Origin: Armatimonadota bacterium
GTDB lineage: Bacteria; Armatimonadota; Fimbriimonadia; Fimbriimonadales; GBS-DC
Assembly (NCBI GenBank): GCA_037445735.1
Contig: JBBIJY010000009.1
Span: 1-64,000 of the forward strand
Direction of reading: 5' to 3'
DNA length: 64,000 bases
The notes under the pieces were generated by a model, which was not told where the DNA came from, ran no database searches, and was given only the letters and a program-made list of their open reading frames with translations. Both the position numbers and the translations under genes were made by a program. Positions 27,412 through 40,612 of the stretch are shown here, piece by piece; positions within the stretch are counted from its first letter, which is position 1, and the number at the start of each line of letters is the position of its first letter.

Positions 27412-28477
27412 CGTCGTTGAGCATCGCTTTCAGCTGCACGCCCAGCCCTGGCGCGTTCGAAGGCAGCACGCGCCCATCTATCAGCGACCCGCCTTCGAAC
27501 GGGTCATTCAACAGGTTCAGGTGGCTGTCCAGATCAAGATGGTCGGCGAGTGGGGCAATCTGCGCCGCCGCGCTGATGGCAAGACTGCTGTCCGAGTAGC
27601 AGCCGTACATCACCTGCAAGCCGAGCGCACGCGCCGTATGCACCATCCGCACCGCCTCCGTGATACCCCCGCACTTCATCAGCTTGATGTTGATGCCGTG
27701 AACGCGGTCGGCGAAGCGTGCCACATCGCGGCTGTCGAAGCAGCTTTCATCGATAAAGAGCGGGATGGGCGTGTGGCGATAGAGTTCGGGCAGGGCATCT
27801 TCCTCGCCGCGGCGGAGCGGTTGCTCCACATATTCCACCCCGCGCTCCGCCAGCCAGCGAACCATGCGCTGGGCGTCGGCGAGGCTCCAGCCGCCGTTCG
27901 CGTCCACTCGCAGCGCGACACGCTGGTTCAGGGTGCGCAGCTCGTCGCGAATGGCTTCCAGCATCGCCTGATCCGCTTCGATGCCGTCAGGGTTGCCCAT
28001 CTTGATTTTGAGGGCGCGGGCGTGGGTAAGCTGGAGCCAGTCGCGCACGCGCTGGCGGGCGACTTCGGGCGGGTTGATGCCAATCGTCACGGAGGTGGGC
28101 ACGATTCGCTCGCGTGCCAGCCCCATCAGCTGCCACAGGGGTAGCCCCGCGCGTTTGCCCAGCCAGTCGAGCAGCGCCATGTCGATGGCGGCGCGGGCAG
28201 CGGAGGGGAGTTCCATCTCGCGCAGGCGCATCTCCACCTGCTGGCGCTGCAAAGGGTGCAGGTCGGCGAGCTGTGCGCGTGCCTGCTCCATCGCCTGAAG
28301 CAGGCTTTCGGTCGGCTGGCGATGGTCACCAATCGAAAAGGGCGACGCCTCGCCCCAGCCCTCGATCTCGTCCGCCTGAATCCGCACCCACACATTGGTG
28401 GTCTGCGCGGTCGTGCCCCGACTGATGGTCAGCGGAAACCGCTTCTGCACTGTGAAGGTCGTGAACGCTATCTGCAT
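27404..28477 (-). CDS. Dipeptide (L-Ala-D/L-Glu) epimerase, enolase superfamily
   Basis: KIK, VDANGG, EQP, DES, NIKLMKCGG, DLD. Confidence 0.9.
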   Translation of the reverse strand: MQIAFTTFTVQKRFPLTISRGTTAQTTNVWVRIQADEIEGWGEASPFSIGDHRQPTESLLQAMEQARAQLADLHPLQRQQVEMRLREMELPSAARAAIDMALLDWLGKRAGLPLWQLMGLARERIVPTSVTIGINPPEVARQRVRDWLQLTHARALKIKMGNPDGIEADQAMLEAIRDELRTLNQRVALRVDANGGWSLADAQRMVRWLAERGVEYVEQPLRRGEEDALPELYRHTPIPLFIDESCFDSRDVARFADRVHGINIKLMKCGGITEAVRMVHTARALGLQVMYGCYSDSSLAISAAAQIAPLADHLDLDSHLNLLNDPFEGGSLIDGRVLPSNAPGLGVQLKAMLNDDA

Positions 28478-28577
28478 CGTGTTCCCTGTTTCGCCCGACG
28501 GCAGCTGAATCCTGTCCCGATGCCGGGAGGGATGCCCCAGCCGCGCCTGCCTGCGGGGTATGCTTCTGGATTGCTGG

Positions 28578-30326
28578 ATGAGGCGGGAAGCGAGCGAGCC
28601 GGCACATCAGGGTGATGGGCAGCGGCAGCGGTGGCGGGCGTGGCTTATCGGCGGGCTGCTGTTTCTGATAGCGCTCGGCGTGCGACTGATAGCCATCCGC
28701 TGGGGGTTGCCCAACGAGCAACATCACTTCTCGTATCATCCCGACGAGTGGCTGGTGCTGGCGGTCAGCTACGGCAATCTGAACCCCTACGCGGGCGACT
28801 GGCTGCCCCATTTTTACAACTATGGCTCGTTGACCCTTTATTTGTGGAGCGTGTGGCTGCACTGGCTGACCGCGCTGGGCGTGTTGCCGTCGTTATCGGC
28901 GGAACCGACGGCGCTGGAGCTGATGCGCTGGCGGGCGGAGGCGCACTTCTGGGCACGGCTGCTGGTTGCCCTCATGGGCGCGGGCACAGCGCTGGTGGTC
29001 GCCCGCACGCTTATGCAGGTTGCCAGCGCGCGTGCCGGCTGGGTTGCGGGGCTGGCGATGGCGCTCGCGCCCGCTTTTGTTGTCCACTCGCGTTTCCAGA
29101 CCGTCGATGTGCCGACCACCTTCTTTGTGGCGCTGGCGTTGCAGGCGTCGGTGCGCCTGATTGGGTCCGATCAGCCCGCGCAGGCGATGCGGGCACTGCT
29201 GTGGGGCGCGTTCTGGTCGGGCTGCGCCGCAGGCTGCAAATACAACGCGGGGCTGATACTGCTTGCGCCGCTGGCTAACCTGGGGCTGAAGGCGCGTGCG
29301 GAGCGGTGGACACTCGCTCGCATGTTCAGTGGTGCGCTGGGCGCGGTGGGTATCGCGCTCGGCACCTTCCTGCTGGTCTGCCCCGGTGCGTGGGCGGAGC
29401 CACAGGTGTTCTGGCGTGACTTCCGCTACGAACTGTTGCATGTTCAGCGCGGGCATGGTGCGATTTTCACGCAGACGGGGCTGGGCTGGCTGTTCCATAT
29501 CCGTCCGAACCTGACGGTCGGCTTCGGGGCGGTGCCGTTGCTGGTCAGCGTGCTGGGCTGGGTGCTGGCGGGCGCGCGCTGCCGGGCGATGGCAGGCGGA
29601 TTGATTGCCGCGCTCGCCTACTTTGTGCTGATTGGGAGCGCGGAGGTGCGTTTCCTGCGCTACACCTTTCCGCTCTATCCCGTGCTGGCGATGGGGCTGG
29701 GCTGGCTAACCGTCAGCGCCGGGCACCAGCGGTTCATCTTCGCCCTTGCGGGGCTGGCGCTGGCGTGGCAACTCGCGTGGACAACTGCGCTCACCGCCTG
29801 CATGCTGCGCCCCGACGCGCGAGACCAAACCGTGAAATGGTTCGACAGCCATGCACCCGCGAACAGCAGGATCGGCTTCCCGACGGTGCCATGGTTCTAC
29901 ACGCCGCCGTTCTATCCTGACACGGGCGAGCTGAGGTGGCAGGAACGGCTGGCGCGAATGCACGCCTTTCAGGGACGGTATCGGTTGATCGCGCTTGCGC
30001 CACCCGAGTGGGATGCCGACGCTCTGCAACGCACTCTGCCCGACTATGTGGTCATCAGCGATTTTGAGGAGCGCGATGTTCGTCGAATCGGGCGTGCCGA
30101 TTATCGGGCATTCATGACCGTGCTCAAGGCGCACTATCGGCTCGTTCGCGCGTTTCGAAACGACCCGCGTCCCTTCAGCGCGGACGACCTGCCCCACGAC
30201 CTGCTCTATATCTGCCCTGCTGTGCGCGTGTACGCCCGTGTTTCCATTTCAATCCCTCAGAGGCGATCGCTCCGTTCACCCTACCTGCAGGGACAACCTC
30301 ACGGAGGGGTGCTGGTCGGTCTTTGA
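28578..30326 (+). CDS. GT-C (ArnT/PMT-like) membrane glycosyltransferase
   Basis: WGLP..HPDE, P.FYNYG, KYN, RY..P; many TM segments. Confidence 0.8.
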   Translation: MRREASEPAHQGDGQRQRWRAWLIGGLLFLIALGVRLIAIRWGLPNEQHHFSYHPDEWLVLAVSYGNLNPYAGDWLPHFYNYGSLTLYLWSVWLHWLTALGVLPSLSAEPTALELMRWRAEAHFWARLLVALMGAGTALVVARTLMQVASARAGWVAGLAMALAPAFVVHSRFQTVDVPTTFFVALALQASVRLIGSDQPAQAMRALLWGAFWSGCAAGCKYNAGLILLAPLANLGLKARAERWTLARMFSGALGAVGIALGTFLLVCPGAWAEPQVFWRDFRYELLHVQRGHGAIFTQTGLGWLFHIRPNLTVGFGAVPLLVSVLGWVLAGARCRAMAGGLIAALAYFVLIGSAEVRFLRYTFPLYPVLAMGLGWLTVSAGHQRFIFALAGLALAWQLAWTTALTACMLRPDARDQTVKWFDSHAPANSRIGFPTVPWFYTPPFYPDTGELRWQERLARMHAFQGRYRLIALAPPEWDADALQRTLPDYVVISDFEERDVRRIGRADYRAFMTVLKAHYRLVRAFRNDPRPFSADDLPHDLLYICPAVRVYARVSISIPQRRSLRSPYLQGQPHGGVLVGL

Positions 30327-30330
30327 CCAT

Positions 30331-32408
<2,078 letters not shown>

Positions 32409-35232
32409 CGGTTGCACAGGTCGGGATAGGTCGCGTTTGTGCCGACATCGGGCAGCACGAGCCAGCAGCGGGCGCACTTGTTGCCCGGCGCGGCGTCCAC
32501 CTCGATGCGCAGTCCCCCTTCGCTGAGATACACTTCCGCCTGCGAGACGCCGAACAGGCGCGCCAGCAGGTTATCGGGCGTCGGCGCGGTGGGGTAGCTC
32601 TGCAACAGGGCTGTTAGTTCGCCGCCCACATAGAGGCGCACACGCGCCGATTGCGGGTTCGGCACCCGCTTCTCGTTCTTCGCCTGCTCCACCGCGCGGT
32701 TGACCGCCTCGCGCAGGTCCAGAAGGTGTTCCCAGCGTTCCAGCAGGCTCTTGTCCAGCCACTCCTCGCGCACCGCCGGGAACTCGGCAAGATGCACGCT
32801 GACAGGCTTGTTCGGGATGGGCAGGCGCTGCCAGACCTCTTCCATCGTATGCACCAACACTGGCGCGAGCAGGCGGGTCAGCACGCTCGCAATCTCCAGC
32901 AGCACCGTTTGCGCCGCCCGCCGGGCAGGGTCGTCCGCCGCGCTCGCGTAGAGCCGATCCTTCAGCACATCCAGATAGAACGCGCTCAACTCCACATTGC
33001 AGAATCGGCGCGTCTCGTGATAGAACAGGTGATATTCGAACCGCTCATAGGCGTTCAGGCAATAGCGCACATACGCCTGCAGGCGAGCCAGCATCCAGCG
33101 ATCCAGCTCCGGCAGCTGCGCGTAAGGGACGGCGTCGCGAACGGGGTCAAAGTCGGCGAGGTTGCCCACGATGAAGCGCAAGGTGTTGCGAATCTGGCGA
33201 TAGGCGTCGGCAACGAACTTCAGAATCTCGCTGGAGAGGCGCACATCCTCGAAATATTCGGTGGAGGCGACCCACAGGCGCAGCACATCCGCGCCCAGCT
33301 GCTGCACCATCTCCATCGGGTCGACCACATTGCCCTCGCTCTTGCTCATCTTGCGCCCTTCGCCGTCGAGCACGAAGCCGTGCGTGATGACGGCGCGATA
33401 GGGCGCGGCGTCGCGAGTGCCAATCGCAATCATCAGGCTGGAGTTGAACCAGCCGCGATGCTGGTCGGAGCCTTCGATATAGAGGTCGGCGGGCCAGCGC
33501 AGTTCGGGGCGCGTCTCCAGCACCAGCCGATGCGTGCTGCCCGAATCGAACCACACATCCAGCACATCGCTCTCCTTGCGGAAGGTGGCGCCGTTGCAGC
33601 GGGGGCAGCGCGTGCCCTCGGGCAGGAAGTAGTCGGCGGGCTTATCGAACCACACATCGGAGCCGTCGCGCTCGATAAAGGTCGCCACGCGCTCGATCAG
33701 GGACGGCTCCAGCAGCACCTCGCCGCACGCCTCACAGTAGAAGGCGGGGATTCCAACGCCCCACGCCCGCTGACGGCTCAGGCACCAGTCGGGGCGGTGC
33801 TGCACCATCGCCGTGATGCGCGACTCGGTCTCAGGCGGAATCCAGCGCACCTGCCGGATCGCCATTAGCGCACGCTCGCGATGAGCGTTATGATCGATGC
33901 TCATAAACCACTGCACGGTGGCACGAAACAGCAGAGGCGAATCGCATCGCCAGCAGTGCGGATAGTTATGCTCATAGAGCGAGTGGTGCAGCAGGTGCCC
34001 GTTTGCCTGCAGGCGCTGAATCACTGCCTGATTGCCTTCGGGCGCGATGGGCAGCCCGGCGAACTCGCCCGCCTCCTCCGTGAACACGCCCCGCTCATCC
34101 ACCGGGCACAAAATCGGCAGCCCGTACTGGCGCCCCGTGTAGAAGTCTTCCGCGCCGTGTCCGGGCGCGGTATGCACCACGCCCGTGCCCTCCTCCGCCA
34201 GCACATAGTCCGCCAGCACAACGGGCGATTCGCGCTCGAAGATGGGATGGCGGGCGACTGTGCCGACCAGCTCGCGCCCTTTGACCGTGCGCTCGACGGC
34301 ATAGTTGCGAATGCCGAGCGTCTCCATCACGGCTGGCACAAGCGCGTCGACCAGCAGATAGCGGGCGCCATCGGTGCTCACAATCGCATAATCGAAATCG
34401 GGATGCACCGCGAGCGCGAGGTTGGCGGGAATCGTCCAGGGCGTGGTGGTCCAGATCAGCACATAGGCATCTCCGCCCGATAGCCCGGTCAGGTTCGAGC
34501 GCAGGATGGGGAACCGCACATAGATGGCGTCGGAGGTTTTGAGCGCGTACTCCACCTCGGCTTCGGCGAGCGCGGTCTGGCAGGTGGGGCACCAGAGCGT
34601 GGGGCGCAGGTCGCGATAGATGTAGCCGCGTTGCACCAGCTCGCCGAAGATGCGCACCAGCCCCGCCTCGAACGCATAATCCATCGTGAGGTAGGGGCGC
34701 TCCCAGTCGCCGACCAGCCCCAGCCGTTTGAACTGCTCCCTTTGCACCTTCACGAAGTGCCAGGCGTAGTCGCGGCACGCCTGGCGCAGCTCCACCTTGC
34801 TGGGCGTCTTGCCCTCCTGCAGAAACCGCTGGCTGACGGCGTTCTCGATGGGCATGCCGTGATTGTCCCAGCCGGGCACATAGGGCGTGCGGTAGCCGCG
34901 CATGCTGTACGAGCGCACGATGATGTCTTTCAGCACCTTGTTGAGTGCGTGCCCCATATGAATGTCGCCGTTGGAGTAGGGCGGACCGTCGTGCAGGATA
35001 AAGTCGCCGTTAGGGGCAGGCTTTTGCAGCATGCGCTCATAGAGCGCGATCTCGCGCCAGAACGCCTGCCAGCGCGGCTCCTGCTCGGGCAGGTTCGCCC
35101 GCATCGGAATGGTCTGGTCTTCCCTGGGCAGGTTCAGCGTCTCCCGATAGTTGTTCGCCATTCGCGACCTCCGCTCAATCGGTAATTGTACCTTAAAGGA
35201 TTGAGCGCGAAGAGGGCGAAGAAGAGAGGGGA

Positions 35233-35985
35233 ATGACGACGGCAATTGTGCTGGCAGGTGGGGCGACCGATGAGCAGTGGCGGGCAGCGAGCGGCGCGGA
35301 GTCGCGCGCGCTGGTGCCCATCGAGGGCGAGCCGATGTATCGGCGGGTGCTGCGCGCGTTAAAGGGCGTGCCGGAAATCGCGCATATTCTGGTGGTGGGT
35401 GATGTGCCGCCCGGTGAGGGCTATGAGGTGCTGCCTGCGCCTGAAGGCGGTCTGATGGCGAGCGTGCGCGTCGGGCTGGAAGCCAGCCCGACCGAATCGG
35501 TGCTGTTTGTAACGGTCGATGTGCCCTTTTTGACGGCGGAGAGCGTGCGGTTCTTTCTGCAAGCGAGCCTGCGCAGTGGGGCGGCGCTGACCTACGCGGT
35601 GGTGCCAGCGGAGGTGTGCCGTGAGCGGTTTCCCCAGATGAAGCGCACGACGGTTCGGTTGCGCGAGGGCGAGCTGACGGGCGGCAACCTCTTCTGGGCG
35701 CAGCGCTCGGTGGCGTTGCGCGAATTGCCGCGCCTGCAGGCGGTCTATGCCGCTCGCAAGCAGCCGTTGCGCCTCGCGCTGATTGTGGGGCTGGGCATAC
35801 TGGTGCGCTTTGTGCTGGCGCAGTGGCTCTCGCCCCGCTTTTTGAGCATCAGCGATGTTGAGCGTCGCGCGGAGCGGCTGCTCGGCGTGCCCGGACGCGC
35901 CATCATCTGCCCCTACGCCGAAATCGGCACCGACATCGACACCCTCCAGCAGTGGCAACAGGTGATGGGCGGTTGCAGGAATTAA
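35233..35985 (+). CDS. NTP transferase (MobA-like) family protein
   Basis: AIVLAGG, DVPF, TGGN, DID. Confidence 0.75.
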   Translation: MTTAIVLAGGATDEQWRAASGAESRALVPIEGEPMYRRVLRALKGVPEIAHILVVGDVPPGEGYEVLPAPEGGLMASVRVGLEASPTESVLFVTVDVPFLTAESVRFFLQASLRSGAALTYAVVPAEVCRERFPQMKRTTVRLREGELTGGNLFWAQRSVALRELPRLQAVYAARKQPLRLALIVGLGILVRFVLAQWLSPRFLSISDVERRAERLLGVPGRAIICPYAEIGTDIDTLQQWQQVMGGCRN

Positions 35986-36003
35986 CTATCAATCTATTCG
36001 AAA

Positions 36004-36030
36004 GTAGGGGCGCGGAGACCACACCCCTAC
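36004..36030. repeat. GTAG-type REP-like hairpin / possible terminator
   Basis: gtaggggcgcggagaccacacccctac between convergent genes. Confidence 0.55.
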
Positions 36031-36068
36031 TGCATAGCTAAGGCAGCGCAACACCGATGCCGTCCTAA

Positions 36069-38948
36069 CTAAAACTCTTCCTCTTTATAGTGAACCAACG
36101 CAATCCCGCCAATGTAAAACGATCCCGGTCCTGCCGAAAAAATGTTTCTAATATCTATGTAAACCCTCTCTATTTGATTGGAACAGATATACTCTGTGTT
36201 GTACCCTATAGGCTCTTCATTAACCCAATTAGAGGTATACCGAGAGAAAGGCAGCATGATACTAAGCAGGTGCCACTTGCCATCCCCTGCGGGCACATAA
36301 GCAGTTCCAACATGCGTGATCCCATAATCCTGTCCTTGATTATTTAGATACTCTTCCAAACTGGCACCAACTGAATACAATCGTTCTGTGCCATAGTACC
36401 AAGCCACCACTTCCGTCAACGCACGCTCAGATAGTGGCGGCAGCTGTATTGGTGGTTGCACATTGGAGTCTATCTGCACAAACACGCTCTCCTCTCTTGC
36501 TGCAGAAGGACCCAGCCCGTATCCATTCCAATCAAACTGCACAGCTCCAAATCGATAATCTATCTTCGCAACAGCAGGTGGTGTCATGATTGGATCACCC
36601 CCTTCAAAAGTCGTCGGTGGCGCAACAAAACTCAGGCTAAACCAAGGCGGTGGTGCGCAGCTGGGGCGATCGCTCCAGCCTCTCCACGGACGCGCCCACT
36701 GACCTACTTTAAATCGATCACCGTTTGGATTTGTTGGATTAGAAACAAAATGATCACATGACAAGCATGGATCCGGCCAGTCTTGTAGAGAACTACCCCA
36801 ATCACCCGCATCTCGCCAGCTGAAAAGCAAGGTCACATGCCGTGGACCCCACTCCGCCACTATATTATTTAATAAACTATCCAGTAACTGAATTTTCTCT
36901 ATTGTTACCCACTGAGTAACATCCTCAGCGGCAATCCTAAACGGCACTAACACCGTGCCTCCTGCTGGGATTGAAACGGACCGCAAAATGGGCTGCTGTT
37001 GCCCGCTGACCCAAATAGCCGCTGTACCCTGCCAGCTCTCTTCGCTATATGATTGTAAGCGCAATGCGAACATTGGAACATCGAGCCGAGTCGGTACACT
37101 TATCTGCCCTCGCACAGGCACGATTTTGCACTCAATTGGGTTTATGACCGAGACCCAGATACTGCGGCGGCTTGCCAGGGGCGGGTCGAAGCTATTCCCC
37201 CAACCAAAAGCCAACTGTGCCTGCAACTCTTGAGATGCCCGTCGAAACCGCCATGGAAGCACTATCCGATTGCGGAACCACGCGCTATTGCCTTGCCGAT
37301 TGAGGGTGAAAGTTACTGAAAGGTTTACTCCTCGCCCTTGCAACAGCAGCAGCCCTTTATCGGGAAGGGTAGGTAATCCATTGCGTGAGGTGGGAGAATA
37401 GCCCTCCACAATCAACTCCAGATTGCCTCCCGCGCGCACCACCGCTTGCTCCGAGACACGCCACGAAATCTCTGGCAACGAGCGCGGGTGGAAACGATCC
37501 AGCAGATAGTAAAATGGTGCAGCATTATATGGTAAGGGTAAGGCATCACTCTGATCACAAGTTGTAGGGCAGCCATAAGAACCGTAGCGGATTAGGTCAG
37601 GATCATAGTATGGACACGGCATATCAAAGAAGTCTGCCCAGAGAGGAATCCGCAGAGGAACATTATCGCCCAGCGCAAAGAAGCTATTACTGGCAGCTCC
37701 GTAACCGATCAAAAGACTATATTCCTCTGCAGCTTTACCCAAGAAGTTGTACCAAACCCCTGATGCCCCATAAATGGGCAGTATTGGCGAATCTGCACCT
37801 GTGCGAACCCGTCCGTGTCGATCCCAAACCACAATCAGCCACTCCTTGGGAGCTAAACCCGTAGGCGAATGTTTGCGCTTGCGATATATCAGCACCCATA
37901 AATCGGGATCATCCAGCCGCATCCGTGTCCAATAATCATATTCCCAGAAAAACTTCGCGAAATTCAAAACAGAGTAATAAGCCAGTGTCTTTTGTTGCCC
38001 ACGATCATCCGAGAAGAGAATCAAGGAATAATTCGTATCACCTGCAGCATCAAAATTGTAGATATAAAGTGGTACATTGCATGCCTGATGGATTAATAGA
38101 TACCGCTGTAAGTACTTTGCTGCACGCCGCACTTGCCAGTTTTCAAAATTAAGTAGCACCTCGCATGGCAACCAAGGATTATGGACTGGGTCAATTGCCC
38201 CTGGCCAAGCGTTTCCCTCGTTCGCAACTATGCCCCGCTCTTCGCCCGCATAGCGCCCGATTACCGAACGCAAATAGGCATAGTAGGGCACCAAACTTTC
38301 GGGAGTTAACAACCGATACGGGTGAACTGCTTGCACATCGCCATAGTTCCACAAACCCGCTTTATAACACTCCTCCAGATAATCGCCAAAACCATCCACC
38401 CGATGCCAAAAGACTGGCGCAGGCAGATAGAGCAATGCTTGAGCGCCTAACATACTATTCCGCAGCGGGACATGCTTTTGATAGAACGCCACCATCTGTT
38501 CTGGCTCCACCAACATCGGGCGAAACCATGCTCCCGGCTCGTTAATCAGTTCTAACCCTATCACGCGACCAGAATTACCTCCAGCTTGACTGAGCTGTGC
38601 CAAGAAATCGGCTATTTGCAACTCGCTATACTTCAATCCGCTGTCAGTCCACGGAAGTCCCCCACGCCAAAAACCGCCTCCATCTGTATACCGAAGAAAC
38701 TGAAAATATGTTCCTACTTTAATCAAACCAGCAAGGTTGTTGGAATGTCCTCCTCGTGCCACGCGGAAACCAAGAGCACTCCAGTCTGGAACCCAGTTAT
38801 AGTTACCACGATACCAAGGTGTTCCGGATCCAAAGAACACTGGAATAAGCGGTTCTGTGTTTGGCGAAGTCTGTAGTTGCGCTTGCACGACTTGCAACAG
38901 CAGCAAGCCAACGCCTATCAGCCAACCAAGCCGTTTGCTCTGCATCAT
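36069..38948 (-). CDS. Large secreted protein with clan GH-A-like glycoside hydrolase domain
   Basis: Signal peptide; ELINEP (acid/base), VHPY, ANEG (nucleophile-like); long uncharacterised C-terminal half. Confidence 0.6.
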   Translation of the reverse strand: MMQSKRLGWLIGVGLLLLQVVQAQLQTSPNTEPLIPVFFGSGTPWYRGNYNWVPDWSALGFRVARGGHSNNLAGLIKVGTYFQFLRYTDGGGFWRGGLPWTDSGLKYSELQIADFLAQLSQAGGNSGRVIGLELINEPGAWFRPMLVEPEQMVAFYQKHVPLRNSMLGAQALLYLPAPVFWHRVDGFGDYLEECYKAGLWNYGDVQAVHPYRLLTPESLVPYYAYLRSVIGRYAGEERGIVANEGNAWPGAIDPVHNPWLPCEVLLNFENWQVRRAAKYLQRYLLIHQACNVPLYIYNFDAAGDTNYSLILFSDDRGQQKTLAYYSVLNFAKFFWEYDYWTRMRLDDPDLWVLIYRKRKHSPTGLAPKEWLIVVWDRHGRVRTGADSPILPIYGASGVWYNFLGKAAEEYSLLIGYGAASNSFFALGDNVPLRIPLWADFFDMPCPYYDPDLIRYGSYGCPTTCDQSDALPLPYNAAPFYYLLDRFHPRSLPEISWRVSEQAVVRAGGNLELIVEGYSPTSRNGLPTLPDKGLLLLQGRGVNLSVTFTLNRQGNSAWFRNRIVLPWRFRRASQELQAQLAFGWGNSFDPPLASRRSIWVSVINPIECKIVPVRGQISVPTRLDVPMFALRLQSYSEESWQGTAAIWVSGQQQPILRSVSIPAGGTVLVPFRIAAEDVTQWVTIEKIQLLDSLLNNIVAEWGPRHVTLLFSWRDAGDWGSSLQDWPDPCLSCDHFVSNPTNPNGDRFKVGQWARPWRGWSDRPSCAPPPWFSLSFVAPPTTFEGGDPIMTPPAVAKIDYRFGAVQFDWNGYGLGPSAAREESVFVQIDSNVQPPIQLPPLSERALTEVVAWYYGTERLYSVGASLEEYLNNQGQDYGITHVGTAYVPAGDGKWHLLSIMLPFSRYTSNWVNEEPIGYNTEYICSNQIERVYIDIRNIFSAGPGSFYIGGIALVHYKEEEF

Positions 38949-40540
38949 TGTTCACCTCCTAAGGTCCATTGCCCCTTCAGCAGAAGAGAGGGTGTGCTGC
39001 TATTCGGCGCTAACCGAACCCCTACATCCACATATCGGTTGATCAGGTCGCGCCGAAACTGCATCTGCAACTCTGTGTAAGACGGGGGGCTGCTCCCCAT
39101 CTCCGTGATACAGCGAGAGGCACTCCACAGCAGGTTCCCATATGCATCGCGCCACTCCACCAAGATGCCCCCTGCTGACTGACACGGCTGCCATAACACC
39201 CAACCAAAACTTCCGTTCTCAAATGCTTGCATCGCTAAAACCTGTCCTGTGCTATTGGAAGGATCACGTGTCACACACACTATTCGTGTTGCTGGATTGT
39301 TCTGCGTGGGATCAAAACGCCATACCTCACTGCAAGAGGTTGAATTGTTACAACAAGGATTGTTGGGATTGTTGAAACGCAACAGTGCAATATATGCCTT
39401 ATCTCCTATAGAATCTAATCCAACTAATTTACCATTAATACCCCACTCTCCCACGATGCTGCCATCCACTAAACTAAGCGCGATTACACGAGACGGAAGC
39501 ATCTCATCAAAACCAATAAATAGGTAGCTTGCCCCAAAGCGAACCCAGGTGTCTCCATCGGCTGTTAACCATTGCGCCCATCTAACAGCCCCAGACGAAT
39601 CTAATAGAACTACAACGCACCCGGAATTTCCTTGCTGCTGCCGTGCACGAAGTATCATAGCCACTTCACCAGTAGCACTTACGGCAGCTGCCTTCAAATA
39701 ATCAATGCTCTTCAGATTGAGTGAGGAATTAATTCTATTCAATTCCTGATAATGCAAACGAGCGCCTCCTATGACCTTGGAAGGCTGCACCGAAAGACGA
39801 ATTACTTCGCCAAATCTATCTGGAAAGTTACAAGACCCTCCGGTTCCGCTACGGAACAGGAACAGCTGATTGCTCGCAAGATAAAGCCCATACGCTTGGG
39901 TATGGACAGCCCAATCATAGGCAAAAACACGCTCCAGTAAATGCTTACCATCACTGGCACGCAACTGCTCATATACCAGAGTGCGTACAGACCAGCGGCG
40001 ACAGTCATCACGATTAGAGATGTCCGCATCTCGAAACGCCCCTAACAACACATGCAACAACCCATCTTTTAGAGCTAAAGTCGGACCAGCTATCCGATTA
40101 CCTTTGCGTGGATCTATACACGGATTATACGGATCAGGATCAATGGGTAAAAAGAACGGCGCTTGAAACGCATCTATAGATACATTGCTGCCATTGCTGT
40201 CGAAACAATTTGTATTACAGCAATCTAAACCGCTCGGTAATGGTTCTGGTGCAAAGGTGCAGTTAAAGCGATACAGCCCATCCTGCACCCAGACATCCTG
40301 CCCCGCGGCAGAAATACGCTTCACCACATTCGCATTTACAGCACTCGCCCCAGTACCACACAGAACGGTAACGGGCTGGGAGTAGTGGACATAGACCTCG
40401 CCTGACGGTCCCAACAGCCAGCTCGTCCGCGAGGGCACTTGCCGCGACCACTGCCAATCGGCATGCGCCACACCCACTATCACCGCTATCACCGCTAAGC
40501 CCATTAGTTGCTCATACACTCCGCGCTTTCTCGCTTGCAT
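38945..40540 (-). CDS. Secreted Cys-rich hypothetical protein, possibly beta-propeller
   Basis: Signal peptide ending AHA; GGAGG RBS; ATGA overlap with the next gene. Confidence 0.7.
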   Translation of the reverse strand: MQARKRGVYEQLMGLAVIAVIVGVAHADWQWSRQVPSRTSWLLGPSGEVYVHYSQPVTVLCGTGASAVNANVVKRISAAGQDVWVQDGLYRFNCTFAPEPLPSGLDCCNTNCFDSNGSNVSIDAFQAPFFLPIDPDPYNPCIDPRKGNRIAGPTLALKDGLLHVLLGAFRDADISNRDDCRRWSVRTLVYEQLRASDGKHLLERVFAYDWAVHTQAYGLYLASNQLFLFRSGTGGSCNFPDRFGEVIRLSVQPSKVIGGARLHYQELNRINSSLNLKSIDYLKAAAVSATGEVAMILRARQQQGNSGCVVVLLDSSGAVRWAQWLTADGDTWVRFGASYLFIGFDEMLPSRVIALSLVDGSIVGEWGINGKLVGLDSIGDKAYIALLRFNNPNNPCCNNSTSCSEVWRFDPTQNNPATRIVCVTRDPSNSTGQVLAMQAFENGSFGWVLWQPCQSAGGILVEWRDAYGNLLWSASRCITEMGSSPPSYTELQMQFRRDLINRYVDVGVRLAPNSSTPSLLLKGQWTLGGEQ

Positions 40541-40575
40541 CTCTCTACACCTCCACACTTCTTATTGCAGAGGAT

Positions 40576-40599
40576 GGGGGCGTTTCACCGAACGCCCCC
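40576..40599. terminator. Intergenic hairpin within the three-gene block
   Basis: tgggggcgtt-tcaccg-aacgccccca-like stem. Confidence 0.45.
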
Positions 40600-40612
40600 A
40601 CCGCTGACTGCA

